DNA of 64,000 nt, from contig OX337236.1 in NCBI GenBank assembly GCA_946965045.2, positions 2,914,001 to 2,978,000 on the forward strand, read 5' to 3'. Positions within the stretch are counted from its first letter, which is position 1. Each line of letters opens with the position of its first letter. The notes beneath the pieces were generated by a model, which was not told the DNA's origin, searched no databases, and saw only the letters and a program-made list of their open reading frames with translations. Shown one piece after another: positions 10,958 through 20,800 of this stretch. A program made the translations under genes and the position numbers. The stretch is from Epithemia pelagica (taxonomy: Eukaryota > Protista > Bacillariophyta).

Positions 10958-13900
10958 CAGGGATGGGGAGGTACGGTTGTCGGGTCAAGGGGAGTTCCGA
11001 GGGGTCGAGCGTTTCTAATTCGACAACGTATTTTGACAAATGTTGCCAGGCCCCCGGAATGGTGCGAGGCACCACAAATAGGGCACTCGTGTCGAGAGGG
11101 CTCTCGCACCACATCTCGAGGGCCCAAATAATGCATTGGCGGGCGCCTTCCGGCGGCGGTACCCATACACTGAACTGATGGAGACCTTCGTATGCTTGAT
11201 GGGCCGAGGTCCATTCCTGCCAACGCCAGGGTCCGGTGAGAGAATGTCGAGCCAACAGCATTTCCACTACGTCACAATCAACCGCTAGCGGAGCGAAGAC
11301 CGATGCAGTAAGATGCGTCTGGTCCACTTGGGGATGCAGTTCTGTGCCCCAAACTCCGCGGCTTAGACCGTCCGTGCCTTGCCCAATCATGACGCGCCCA
11401 GGCACGTGCACTACTTGCAAACAACAATCTAAACCCAATTCGAGGAGTTTGATCGAGCGGACAAGGGTGTGGAGGTCGGGGTTTTTGCTCGTGCCATTGT
11501 TAACAACCCAATACGTGACCAGGTTGTCGGTGAAATAGAAGACGCTGGCACCCTCTACCTCGGATTGATAACTATCCCGGGCTTGCTGCAGAGTCAAAAG
11601 GAGCGTGCGAAGCTCCTTCCAATTGGAGGAATGGTGGAAAACAAAGGGACTCCACTGTCCCATCCAACACTGAAGCGCCTCTCCCGGGAGGGCCAAAGTA
11701 CCGCCCGTGCCCGTTCCACTTCCGTCGCCCCAAGTGGGCACCAGTGTCCCCGAGCGTTCACCGTAAGCCTCGCGGTAAATTCGGTGTTCTAGGATTTGTT
11801 TCCACCATCGCAAGTCCGCTCGTACCGCAGCAGGCACAACGATCCTGCGACAATACCGTTCGGCTCCCTTCAACGTCTCCGTTGCTTCTGTTGAGTGTAT
11901 GGCTTCGTGAAACCGGCGGACATAAGTTCGCCCCACGCGGCTCGGGGTCGCCTCGACCAAAGATTCTAAAACGCCCACAACGACCGCCAATGCTAGACCT
12001 GAGAACTCATATTCTTCCGGTGAATTAAGAATGTAATCCACCATACAGCGAGCCTTATCTCGCTTGTCCTCGGGTACACACAACGTCGGTACTCCTCGGG
12101 TGTCGAAGAGAAAACCAATATACTTCTGTACCTGACGGGGAGGGCTCAATTTCTTTGGGTGACATAACAATCCAACATCAACCGCGGCGTCTAAGAAGAG
12201 TGTGAGCGCCATGGACGTACTCTCCCAGTCGGGCCCGTGGACGAGGAAATCGTCCACGTGAACCCAGAGTCGTACAGCGGGGGCCCCATCGGGCCGTTCA
12301 ATCACTATTCCATACCCCAACCCAGGTTGGTATCCAACGCCTCGGAAGCCAGTATACCATGTGTTTTCACGGCACCGTCGGCCAAAAACCTCATGCCTCA
12401 TTCGCAACACTCGGAGGAACGATTGACCAATTCGACATGAGGCTGCTGGAGAGTTGGTTGCTCCCATGGGGAGTCCACAGTACACGTACACTTTACCTGT
12501 AACAGGGTGTATCGTGCCCAAGTACGGGCGATCGTCGGGGTGGGTACGAAACTGATAAAAATATTTGCTGGCGTCCACCACCGCCGAGTACCCGCCTCGG
12601 TACATCTGACCAAGTATATGAGCGGCCCGGTTGAGATACACCGGGTCGCCACAACTCACGCCGTTTTGGCCTCCTTCCTTCATATTGCAGATAATTCGTT
12701 GTTGTCCTGGTTGCCCAGGCTTGTCTATACTGAACAAGGGGGCTGTGGTGATGACTTTGTCCAAAGTGGTCTCCACTAGGACACCCAGCGTCACCAATTC
12801 ATCCACGAATTCTCCTGCCAATCGGAGACCTTCTTCATCCATTTCTCCATTCGCGTGAATGGCTGGGGCCGGAGGTACCATAAAGTTCATTCGGCTCCCC
12901 ACCCGGACGGATTCCCAGTGCTCCGGTGGAAACTCCCACCAGAGGACCTGCAACCGGGTTGGTTTAGGTCCTTTATCGTCGTAGTTTCCTTGATGTATAG
13001 TCAGTATTCTCATCCCTTCTTGCCTTAGTCCTTCTCTTTCCTCCTCTGGGTATCTGGCTATAGCCCTTTCCAAGCTAGCTACCCGCTGCCGGTGCCACTC
13101 TCCCCCGGCGCGTAGGTCCGGGGGTTCCCAGTGGAACTCAGGGTATTCTCGGTCCTTATCGCTCTCGGGTGTGGTCTTCCTCCCTGCTCGTTCTCTCAAG
13201 CAGCGGAAAGTTTTCATTTCTTCTTCACCTCTTAATCCTTGAAGATGCGTCTCCTCCCTTCGTGAATCCGAAGATGGTGGTGTACGGCTCAAGGCTCGGG
13301 TGATTGTGGGAGACAAATACTCCCAATGGAACAGACTCGTAGTGCGGAGCATGTCGCCGTGCTCTTTCCCCAGGTCCTGTCGTCGCCGAGATACATTCTC
13401 CAAATCTGCCTTCCCTATTCCAAGAGCGCGTCCCGTTTCATGGATACTTAGCTGCCGATACCCTTTCTTCTCGTCTTGAATCCAACCGCGGCGGTCGCTC
13501 TCGTGAGCCCAGGGCATAGCTTCCCGTCGATGATCTATTGGCCGCGTCACATGCCCTGGAAGAGTCTTTCGCCATTCTTGTCGGTCCACCAGACCAGGTG
13601 GAGTCAGTAGATTCCCCATGGCCCGTTCCTGGACCGTCGTAATCTCGGGAAGAGGCTCCCATTCCCAGTATGAGGCGAGCTCGTTGCTCACTCGCACCAC
13701 CAGGAGGCGTTCTTGTCGGATCGATCCTCCTACCTGTGTGGATCGGACCACTTGATATCGAGACTGATATCCCATCTCGTTCCATCGAACTTTTTCAATC
13801 TTGGCCACAGGACCGCACTCCCACATCAGAGCTCGACTGTCCCATGATTCAACAATCAATCGTGGTCGATGTCCCCGGCTCGTCTCTTCCACCACAGTTC

Positions 13901-14474
13901 TCCAACTTCGGGTGGATTCCTTCTTTTCTTCCTTCACGATGTGTCCTCGTTCTACGACCAACACATCTACGGGGCACTTCTCCATCAGCTTCTTCGAAAT
14001 CCTCGTTCCTTCTTGTTGTCGAGTATTGCCCTCTTCTATTTTCCTTCTGGCCCCGACCGTCCATCGGAGGTCAAAGGCCGCCCACGCTTCGGTTAGGGTA
14101 TGCCATCCACACTGGATGGTACCCATTCGTTGCCGTCTGACTCTGGAATGCTCGCCGGTGGGTGGGGCGCTCTTCCTCTTAAAGCCACACACTGCTTCCT
14201 CTTCCTCCACCCAACCATGTCCACCCTTTCCCCCCTCTCCCTCGTCTCCACCGTCCTGCTTACCTACACAGAAAAACACAAAAGGTGGGTTGATCGGTGA
14301 GTTTTTTAAACACAATTCTTTACTGGCACTAAAGGAGTTCTTGACTGGGAATGGGTGGTATGGTTTTGGGGGGGCGGTGGAGTACTCAATGGGATACATG
14401 CATAGACTTGTACTTCCTCTGCGGAAGCCATCCCCGTGGAGACTGTCAGACTTGGTCCATCCACGGGTTTGCAA
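10812..14474 (-). CDS. Pol: C5-MTase-like domain, reverse transcriptase, RNase H and a Dam-like MT remnant
   Basis: RT motifs DASKYFYQF, LPMGATNSP, HVDDFL. RNase H motifs GDGS, KEL, FTDN, DGLSRG. The C-terminal WVPPP...ALFVVP...W resembles the DIRS MT domain. The N-terminus has motifs resembling C5-MTase VI, VIII and IX. Confidence 0.88.
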   Translation of the reverse strand: MQTRGWTKSDSLHGDGFRRGSTSLCMYPIEYSTAPPKPYHPFPVKNSFSASKELCLKNSPINPPFVFFCVGKQDGGDEGEGGKGGHGWVEEEEAVCGFKRKSAPPTGEHSRVRRQRMGTIQCGWHTLTEAWAAFDLRWTVGARRKIEEGNTRQQEGTRISKKLMEKCPVDVLVVERGHIVKEEKKESTRSWRTVVEETSRGHRPRLIVESWDSRALMWECGPVAKIEKVRWNEMGYQSRYQVVRSTQVGGSIRQERLLVVRVSNELASYWEWEPLPEITTVQERAMGNLLTPPGLVDRQEWRKTLPGHVTRPIDHRREAMPWAHESDRRGWIQDEKKGYRQLSIHETGRALGIGKADLENVSRRRQDLGKEHGDMLRTTSLFHWEYLSPTITRALSRTPPSSDSRREETHLQGLRGEEEMKTFRCLRERAGRKTTPESDKDREYPEFHWEPPDLRAGGEWHRQRVASLERAIARYPEEEREGLRQEGMRILTIHQGNYDDKGPKPTRLQVLWWEFPPEHWESVRVGSRMNFMVPPAPAIHANGEMDEEGLRLAGEFVDELVTLGVLVETTLDKVITTAPLFSIDKPGQPGQQRIICNMKEGGQNGVSCGDPVYLNRAAHILGQMYRGGYSAVVDASKYFYQFRTHPDDRPYLGTIHPVTGKVYVYCGLPMGATNSPAASCRIGQSFLRVLRMRHEVFGRRCRENTWYTGFRGVGYQPGLGYGIVIERPDGAPAVRLWVHVDDFLVHGPDWESTSMALTLFLDAAVDVGLLCHPKKLSPPRQVQKYIGFLFDTRGVPTLCVPEDKRDKARCMVDYILNSPEEYEFSGLALAVVVGVLESLVEATPSRVGRTYVRRFHEAIHSTEATETLKGAERYCRRIVVPAAVRADLRWWKQILEHRIYREAYGERSGTLVPTWGDGSGTGTGGTLALPGEALQCWMGQWSPFVFHHSSNWKELRTLLLTLQQARDSYQSEVEGASVFYFTDNLVTYWVVNNGTSKNPDLHTLVRSIKLLELGLDCCLQVVHVPGRVMIGQGTDGLSRGVWGTELHPQVDQTHLTASVFAPLAVDCDVVEMLLARHSLTGPWRWQEWTSAHQAYEGLHQFSVWVPPPEGARQCIIWALEMWCESPLDTSALFVVPRTIPGAWQHLSKYVVELETLDPSELPLTRQPYLPIPVVVLYLGPHVRSLPLDSENPGVVEPAQPTGYRWHKEQVAALHRLWAAP

Positions 14475-14519
14475 GGGAGTTTCACAGGCACTAGATCCAC
14501 TCCCCGCATTGTTACTTGA

Positions 14520-16625
14520 TTACGACACCCCGACTTGCTCTCTGGCCTCGGTGAGGACATCCTTCTTAGCTTTGCCGGGGTCTTCTTGCATAATCTTTTT
14601 ACTAGCCTTGATGACTTGCTCAGCCTGCTTGTGCGAACAACCCATCACTAGTTTCTTGCCCTGGCTGTTTGTGAACCCTTCTGGGATTACACATTGCTCG
14701 GCTTTCGGCTCGGGGTGCAGGTCGGTCCTTCCACATCGCGGGCATCGTTTCGCCTTACTCTCTGTTTCCCGACTCGACCCGCCCTTGTTGCCGCTGGGGC
14801 TCGAGTTGGCAGTAGTTCGGCCGCCGTTTCCGGCACCACCGGTCGCTTGCAGGCCCGATATGCTAGCTGCCACTCGATCCATCGTTTTCCACAAGCTTCG
14901 AGTGACACTGTTGTTGACGTATTTTTCACTCTTGCTCTCGCGCAAGTAGACATAGCTTAGAATTAACCAATGTCGATAACTGGCTGCTCCTTGCCGCAAC
15001 GCCAATAACTTCTTGGTGTGGTATTTCCAGATGGCTTGGGGGTAGGAGTCGGTCCAGGAACCCTCGGCCGTGTGAATAAAGCTTCGGAGGGTATTTAGCA
15101 GACCAATATACGCCTGATATGAATCTTCCACGATTCGAGCCAGTACTCCCTGCTCCGCATACCTTTCTGCCACCACCAACTCATAGTTGGCTACCATCAG
15201 GGCCTCGACCATGGCGCTGCGTTGCCTCGTCCTCTCGTTTTCCATTGCGTCCTCCACGCTTTCGATGAAGTCATCAATTTCCGCCGGTGGATCCTTCATG
15301 CGTGCCAGACCGTTAAGCTTCACCGATGTGTAGTTAACGTGTCTCATCACTGTCGCCTTGGCTCTCATGCTTGCCACTAGGATTGCCTCCATATTTCCGC
15401 CGTCTTCTCCCATACAATCTCCGATTCCCGTCATTGCACCATTACACATACCTGGCAATGCCACTACGTCGGTCACGCAATCGAAAATCTTCTCCTTCGC
15501 TTCTGGATCCGTCAAACCTTCAGGTAACAAGAGCCTATCCAGCGCCGGTATGTCCTTGGTGTGTACGCCGAACACTTTATCCTTGTCCCCCGAAGACTCG
15601 TCCTTCCCAGTCCTGACCGTTTGGAACGGTTCCGTCTCATTCCGTCGTGGGTACGCCGAGGATCGTTCTCCTCGTCCCGACGGAACTGGATTCCGATCCC
15701 CCGGTCCACTCGTGTCGCTCGATCCGTCGGACGGTGACGGATCCCGTCCGCTGCGACGCGATGATCCTTTCTCCGGTCTCGTCCGTTGTTTTCTTTCCGA
15801 AACCCATCGTTTCTCACGCCGAGACCGAGCCTTTCCTTCATCCTTCCATGACCAGGCACTCGACTCATCCAAAAAGGTGGCTTGATAACGATAGCCCTTT
15901 TTCTTGAATTTCGAACGGTCCAATCGGGTTGTGGGAGCTCGCGTAACAATTCGCTTGCCTCCTTTGTTTTCCCAACCTTCCCAGTCATCGTCCTCTTCGT
16001 CCGATTCGTCTGTGCCTTCTTCACTCGATTCAGAGGAATAGTCTTCCTCCCTCTTTCGTGACACATTCTGAATGGACTCGTTTGACCGGCCCTGACCAAC
16101 CTTGGTGCGCGGTTGAGTTTCCTTTGTCGGACTCACCAGGTTCACTACGGATGTGCGACCTTTGTTCTGTTCGATTTCTGGACGGGGCGCGGTCTTCTTC
16201 GCTCCCAACCGTTTCTTAATCAAGACTCCTCGGTTGGTTGGTGTTGGTCCTTCCTTGGACGCTTCTCGCCACGTTGTGGCCATGTCCAGTTGAGTAAACA
16301 CATGTGCTAGTTCCCAGCCTGCTTCCATCAAAGGTCCCAAGGCCTGTGCACTTTCTAGCAGGATTCGACTCCCACTAAGGGGGTGGTTAACTCCGTACCA
16401 CACCTCCCCGTCTGGTTCCTGCCCTCCTGCGTTCGTAATCGCCTCTGCTCGATTCCCACGTTCGTCTGTAGGGGTGACCAGGGTCTGATCCACCCTGGGA
16501 TTTCGGACCATGGGCGTCTGGTTACCACGAGTACCATGCTCAGTTTCCCTGGGATCACTTCGCGGGACGACCTCTGCCCTGGTACTAGCAATCGCATTCG
16601 TGGGTTCCCCAGATTCAGCTGTCAA
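14520..16625 (-). CDS. Gag-like ORF2 of the YR retrotransposon
   Basis: 701-aa open frame upstream of pol, with a C-terminal CPRCGRTDLH...C zinc-knuckle-like motif and a helical core. Confidence 0.75.
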   Translation of the reverse strand: MTAESGEPTNAIASTRAEVVPRSDPRETEHGTRGNQTPMVRNPRVDQTLVTPTDERGNRAEAITNAGGQEPDGEVWYGVNHPLSGSRILLESAQALGPLMEAGWELAHVFTQLDMATTWREASKEGPTPTNRGVLIKKRLGAKKTAPRPEIEQNKGRTSVVNLVSPTKETQPRTKVGQGRSNESIQNVSRKREEDYSSESSEEGTDESDEEDDDWEGWENKGGKRIVTRAPTTRLDRSKFKKKGYRYQATFLDESSAWSWKDEGKARSRREKRWVSERKQRTRPEKGSSRRSGRDPSPSDGSSDTSGPGDRNPVPSGRGERSSAYPRRNETEPFQTVRTGKDESSGDKDKVFGVHTKDIPALDRLLLPEGLTDPEAKEKIFDCVTDVVALPGMCNGAMTGIGDCMGEDGGNMEAILVASMRAKATVMRHVNYTSVKLNGLARMKDPPAEIDDFIESVEDAMENERTRQRSAMVEALMVANYELVVAERYAEQGVLARIVEDSYQAYIGLLNTLRSFIHTAEGSWTDSYPQAIWKYHTKKLLALRQGAASYRHWLILSYVYLRESKSEKYVNNSVTRSLWKTMDRVAASISGLQATGGAGNGGRTTANSSPSGNKGGSSRETESKAKRCPRCGRTDLHPEPKAEQCVIPEGFTNSQGKKLVMGCSHKQAEQVIKASKKIMQEDPGKAKKDVLTEAREQVGVS

Positions 16626-17527
16626 GTCTTGGTAAGCTCTTGGCGTTCATCACGCTCCGCTGCCAATGTGAGTTCTTGGAGTCGGGCGGTCAGCGCGGCA
16701 TCTTGTTCCTGTCGTAGTGTTTCATGGTCCTCCGGTGTAAGGAAAGGTCCTGCCATCTTACCATCTACCACGAGAGGGGTTCCTGGTCGCGGGAAGCGAT
16801 GATAGTAACCACCGGGTGCCCGAGGAAAATCTTCTCGTTCGTGCCCGGCCTTGCGGCAATCGCCTTGTAAAGCTCCACAGACTGCAAGGACAGTTTCTCG
16901 ATTGTGCCTACGGCTGAAGATGCCTCGGCATACATCGTTACCACATAGATTCACAAAATCCCCCAAATCTTCGTAGGAGACTCGTTCTCGCCCTGCTCGC
17001 CCGGGAGTTCCCTCACTCGCAGTAGTGGCCTCGGAACGCGTGTCCGGTTCTTCAGATACTCCACCTGTCTCTTCAGGTTCTGTATCTGGCTCCGTCTCGG
17101 GTTCTTCCACACGGTCTGCCGCAGAGGCGAGCAAACTATCCAAGTCGGAACCATCTGCTTCTTCGAGTCTTCCGTCGTCTTCTTCGACGGTTTCAACTAG
17201 GACACCTGAACTTGCCGCAGGGCTGTTCTCGTCCTCGTGTCGTGGTACAGTTCCGGAGAAACGGGTTCCGGAGAAACGTGTGCCGCTCATGGTGCTGTTA
17301 AAGGAAAAGTCCCCCCAGCAGATCGTTAAACTATCTAGCTTCTGCTTTTCCTTGCACAAGCGGTGGTTTCTCCAAAAAAGTGTCCTCTCGTTCTTGGTAG
17401 GGCCTCTTGGTCCTACTGACGTGAGTGACAGTTCGGTGTCACCCTTTGGTTGGGCCTGATGGTCCCGTGTCAAAGGGTGACACTTTCTGGTTCTGCGACA
17501 TCGAGTCTTCGCGTCAGAACCTTCCAA
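16622..17527 (-). CDS. ORF1 of the YR retrotransposon (acidic, Cys/His motif)
   Basis: The likely start is an ATG just inside A1 (MSGTRF). It contains CGNDVC...CGALQGDC...GH and overlaps ORF2 by 4 nt in the -1 frame. Confidence 0.6.
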   Translation of the reverse strand: MEGSDAKTRCRRTRKCHPLTRDHQAQPKGDTELSLTSVGPRGPTKNERTLFWRNHRLCKEKQKLDSLTICWGDFSFNSTMSGTRFSGTRFSGTVPRHEDENSPAASSGVLVETVEEDDGRLEEADGSDLDSLLASAADRVEEPETEPDTEPEETGGVSEEPDTRSEATTASEGTPGRAGRERVSYEDLGDFVNLCGNDVCRGIFSRRHNRETVLAVCGALQGDCRKAGHEREDFPRAPGGYYHRFPRPGTPLVVDGKMAGPFLTPEDHETLRQEQDAALTARLQELTLAAERDERQELTKT

Positions 17528-17748
17528 TTTGGGTGAAGTGGTGAGATCGAGTCCCTGTGGAAAAGCAAATTAGTAGCGAGTGTGTAGAGTTTGGTAGCGA
17601 CTGACGTTGTAAAGCCTAAGAGTATGCCAGTAGAGCATGAGGTATCGCAGATTCGGCCACATTAAGGGGGCCACATCGGTAACCAATTAGCGCGAGTCCC
17701 TTCCAGGAGGGGCGGAGATATCCTGGGGCAGTGTCCACCAATGTGGCC

Positions 17749-17813
17749 CCCCAGTGTTATCTTTTGACAAGGGGAAGGGTTATAGGAATAAGCCCGACCA
17801 CTCGACCAATAGC
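17749..17813. repeat. 65-bp inverted repeat, right copy (partner 8588-8652)
   Basis: Reverse complement of 8588-8652 with one mismatch. Confidence 0.95.
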
Positions 17814-20800
17814 ACACTGGGTACCGAGGGTCATCATCAAAGTCACAAGGAGCCATGTTCTGCAGTGATAAGGGTGCAGAGTGCACCATGTACCACGAGA
17901 ACCATCAACTGGGTCACGAGTCACGACGAGAAAGCAACTTTGCTCTATCAGCTCTCTGATTTTTACATTCGGAATTCGCATTTTCATTGTGCATTCCCAG
18001 ATTTTCAGATGCCGGTTGGCATCAATCTTCACTTCTGACGACTGCCGCATTCGGAGCTCCGCAATTCGGTGCATATCATGAATCATACAACTCTCTATCT
18101 GCAAGTCGATGATGGTTTTATGCTGGTCATATCACTCGGTACTGGAACATCATGGTGCCTCCTACTATACTTGTTCCGAAACATGTCAACGATGTCGGTT
18201 ACTCCCGTGGCTTACTGCCGTCTGTCATGAACTTGGATCAACTCTCCAAACACAAACTTCGATGGTTGATCCTCTCATAAAATCTGATTCCACAAGTTTG
18301 CCGAGCCAATTGCATCGAGCAACCTTATCAGATTTTGAGTGAGATACCGGCCGAGTAATCAAGAAACCACTGTTTGAAGTACCATGAAGTTGTCAGCTGC
18401 CGTCGTTTTTCTTGCTGCGACTATCCACAAGAATGCCGCCGTGGAAGATAGTACGCATATGGTGTTTCCCGCTCCAGAACGCTCCCAACAGCAGCAACAG
18501 CAGCAACAGCAGAAGCTGCAGCAATCAAACAATACTGATGGCGCATCTTCGCTGTTACCGCCAGTGCTTGACGCCGGTCCCGACTCCATCGAACCTTGCG
18601 CCGTCGGCGTTACCAACTGCGACGAAACCGCGTTGGTTTGCGACGAAGAAAATGCTACCGATGTGATTGTAAGGCGGGGCGTACGTGGCGCTGGGTTCCA
18701 TTCGTACCTTCTCAATTCGACGATGGGATTATTGGGGGTGCAGTACTACGTCTGCGCTTGCAACATTTATTCGGCCCTTTTTAATCGCGCAATTCTTTCT
18801 TCCGTGCGAGCCGACTCGATCTGCAAAATCAATGAGCACCGGTTGCCCCTGCCGAAGGATTCAAACGAAACGTGCCCCGACGGCGCGGCGAGCGACTGCC
18901 TCAGTTACTGCAAGGACGTCACCTTCGGCGGGGACAGTTGGAAGGAAGCGAACACGCCGCCAGAGAATGGCGGTGGGATAGGCCCAGTCTCGGCTTTGGC
19001 CGACAATTCGACCGGTTGCGTTTGCTTCTGGGCCGACACGCGTATCCAAGGTTGCACCCTTCCACCTCCCAGCGATGATCCACCTCCCAGCGATGATGAT
19101 GATGGTGTTGTATCTGGCGCACACAAACCACTCGGCGCCGTCACACTAACTGCTGCTGCCGCTACGCTGCTCGGGATGGTGGGAAGCCATGGCCTTCTTT
19201 TTTGAGTTATAATTGATTGGTGGTAGTCTACTGCTCTAGCGAAACAGAATCAGGGATTCCGGCACTTACACAACTGGAGAATCAAGCGGGAATAATTTAG
19301 GCCTATGCTTATTACTGCCCTGTCCGCCAAGAGTGGTGTGGAGGAAAGTGGCTGGACCAAAGGCAGGCCTTATGTCTGAGCTAAAAGTAAAAGATATAGT
19401 CCAAGCACATATAAACTGAGCGTAGATCACAAATTTTGCTTTTGCTGCCTCTTGCTTAGCAAGCCTGGCAAGCAGCTTTGCAGCGCGGCGCCAAGCGCAA
19501 TGAGCTATGGCATTTGCCAATTTCCCCTCTTTCTCTTTGTAAAATATTTATTTCCCTTCATCATCACAGCAGCGATCCGGGGAGATCCAGACACCCCCGG
19601 ACTTGAAAAGCTTCGGCGTAAGCTAGGCTTGACGAGACCCGCGGAAGAATGCGTCACATTGTTAAAGGAGCTACTGCAGGAGCAAGAAGAGGGGAAACCG
19701 TCGTTGTCGGTGAACGATCCTCTGGAATACCTACCTCATTGCAAGAAAGGATGGCACCGTCCACGTGGGGTCCACTCCGAATCCGATGGTGCCAGTACCT
19801 CCAGGCACCTTCGCCAGGCACGCTGATATTTGACCATGCTGGCGAAACAAGTAAGAACCGATCTTTTAATAATAGTTTGACATAATATTTTTATTATTAA
19901 TTGATTTAAATCGAGCACTATCTAAATTTATAGCATAGGCACAGCTGCCCGCATTCAGCTGCGAAGGCTGCACTTTGAGGGAGCATCAATCTGCTTGCTC
20001 AACTAGGTATCCATGCAATCAGATGCAGGATCTTAATGTGCTGAGCACAAAGAGGCCATGGTCAGCTTGCCTGCGCGCAGCACAGCACTGAGCACTTGAA
20101 TCCTTCACGGACATTCGGTCGGAAGAACAGACCTTTATCACGGGTCGCACGTAGATAGCGGCAAATTCGTTTGACTGCCACCTCATGGGATAGCTTCGGA
20201 TCGTTACAGAACCTAGCACATTGATGCACAGCGTAGGATAGATCCGGGCGAGACATGGCTTGAAGATAATTGAGGGAACCAATCACGGCACGGTAGTTCC
20301 AATCTTGCTTCCGAGTGGGGCCATCAGAGTCCGCGTGTAGGATCTTATTGTCTTCGGCTGGAGTGTCATGCATCTTGAAATTTTCTTGAGAGAGGCCCAG
20401 ACCAAGATGATTCAAGCAGTTGTCGATCGACTTCTGTTGTTGCAACTCAACACACCCATCTTCATGTCGAATGAATCGGGCTCCAAGATAGTCTAACAGT
20501 GGACCATCGTCTGTCAGGTCAAAGGACTTTTGGAGCAGCGCTACTTCTCGGTCAATGGCTTTCGGATCCGGAGAGAAGAAGGCTGCGTCGTCAATATACA
20601 GGACGAGAAGAACGACGCCCTTTGAGAATAAACAGGGATCAACGTTGGATTGTTTGAAGCCTTGCTTGAGGAGTCCATCTTTTATGTGCTCATGCCAAGT
20701 CACTTGGCCGTCTTTCAAGCCATACAAGTTTTGTTGGAGCTTCAGCAAGTGTTTATTCGGGTCAAGGCCGGGCAATGTGGTACCTTTTGGCAATTGCATG

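Larger units (their letters stand above)
8659..17545 (-). mobile_element. Tyrosine-recombinase retrotransposon (DIRS order, PAT/Ngaro-type split direct repeats A1-ORFs-B1-A2-B2)
   Basis: A1 17320-17545 equals A2 8867-9092 (226 bp, 1 mismatch). B1 9092-9284 equals B2 8659-8851 (193 bp). Gag-like, RT/RNase H and YR ORFs lie on the minus strand between them. Confidence 0.92.

Noticed and set aside
13801-14949. 382-aa plus-strand ORF and other long antisense ORFs over retroelements (e.g. 20650..21492, 34980..35480)
   Set aside because: These are shadows of well-supported minus-strand genes.
8644-17821. ACACTGGG as an 8-bp target-site duplication
   Set aside because: The sequence preceding the left copy does not match what precedes ACACTGGG in the uninterrupted duplicate at 59697, and the left copy lies inside the IR.
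17757-18342. Duplicated short ORFs upstream of the surface-protein gene
   Set aside because: They are conserved only because the whole block is duplicated, and show no coding signature.
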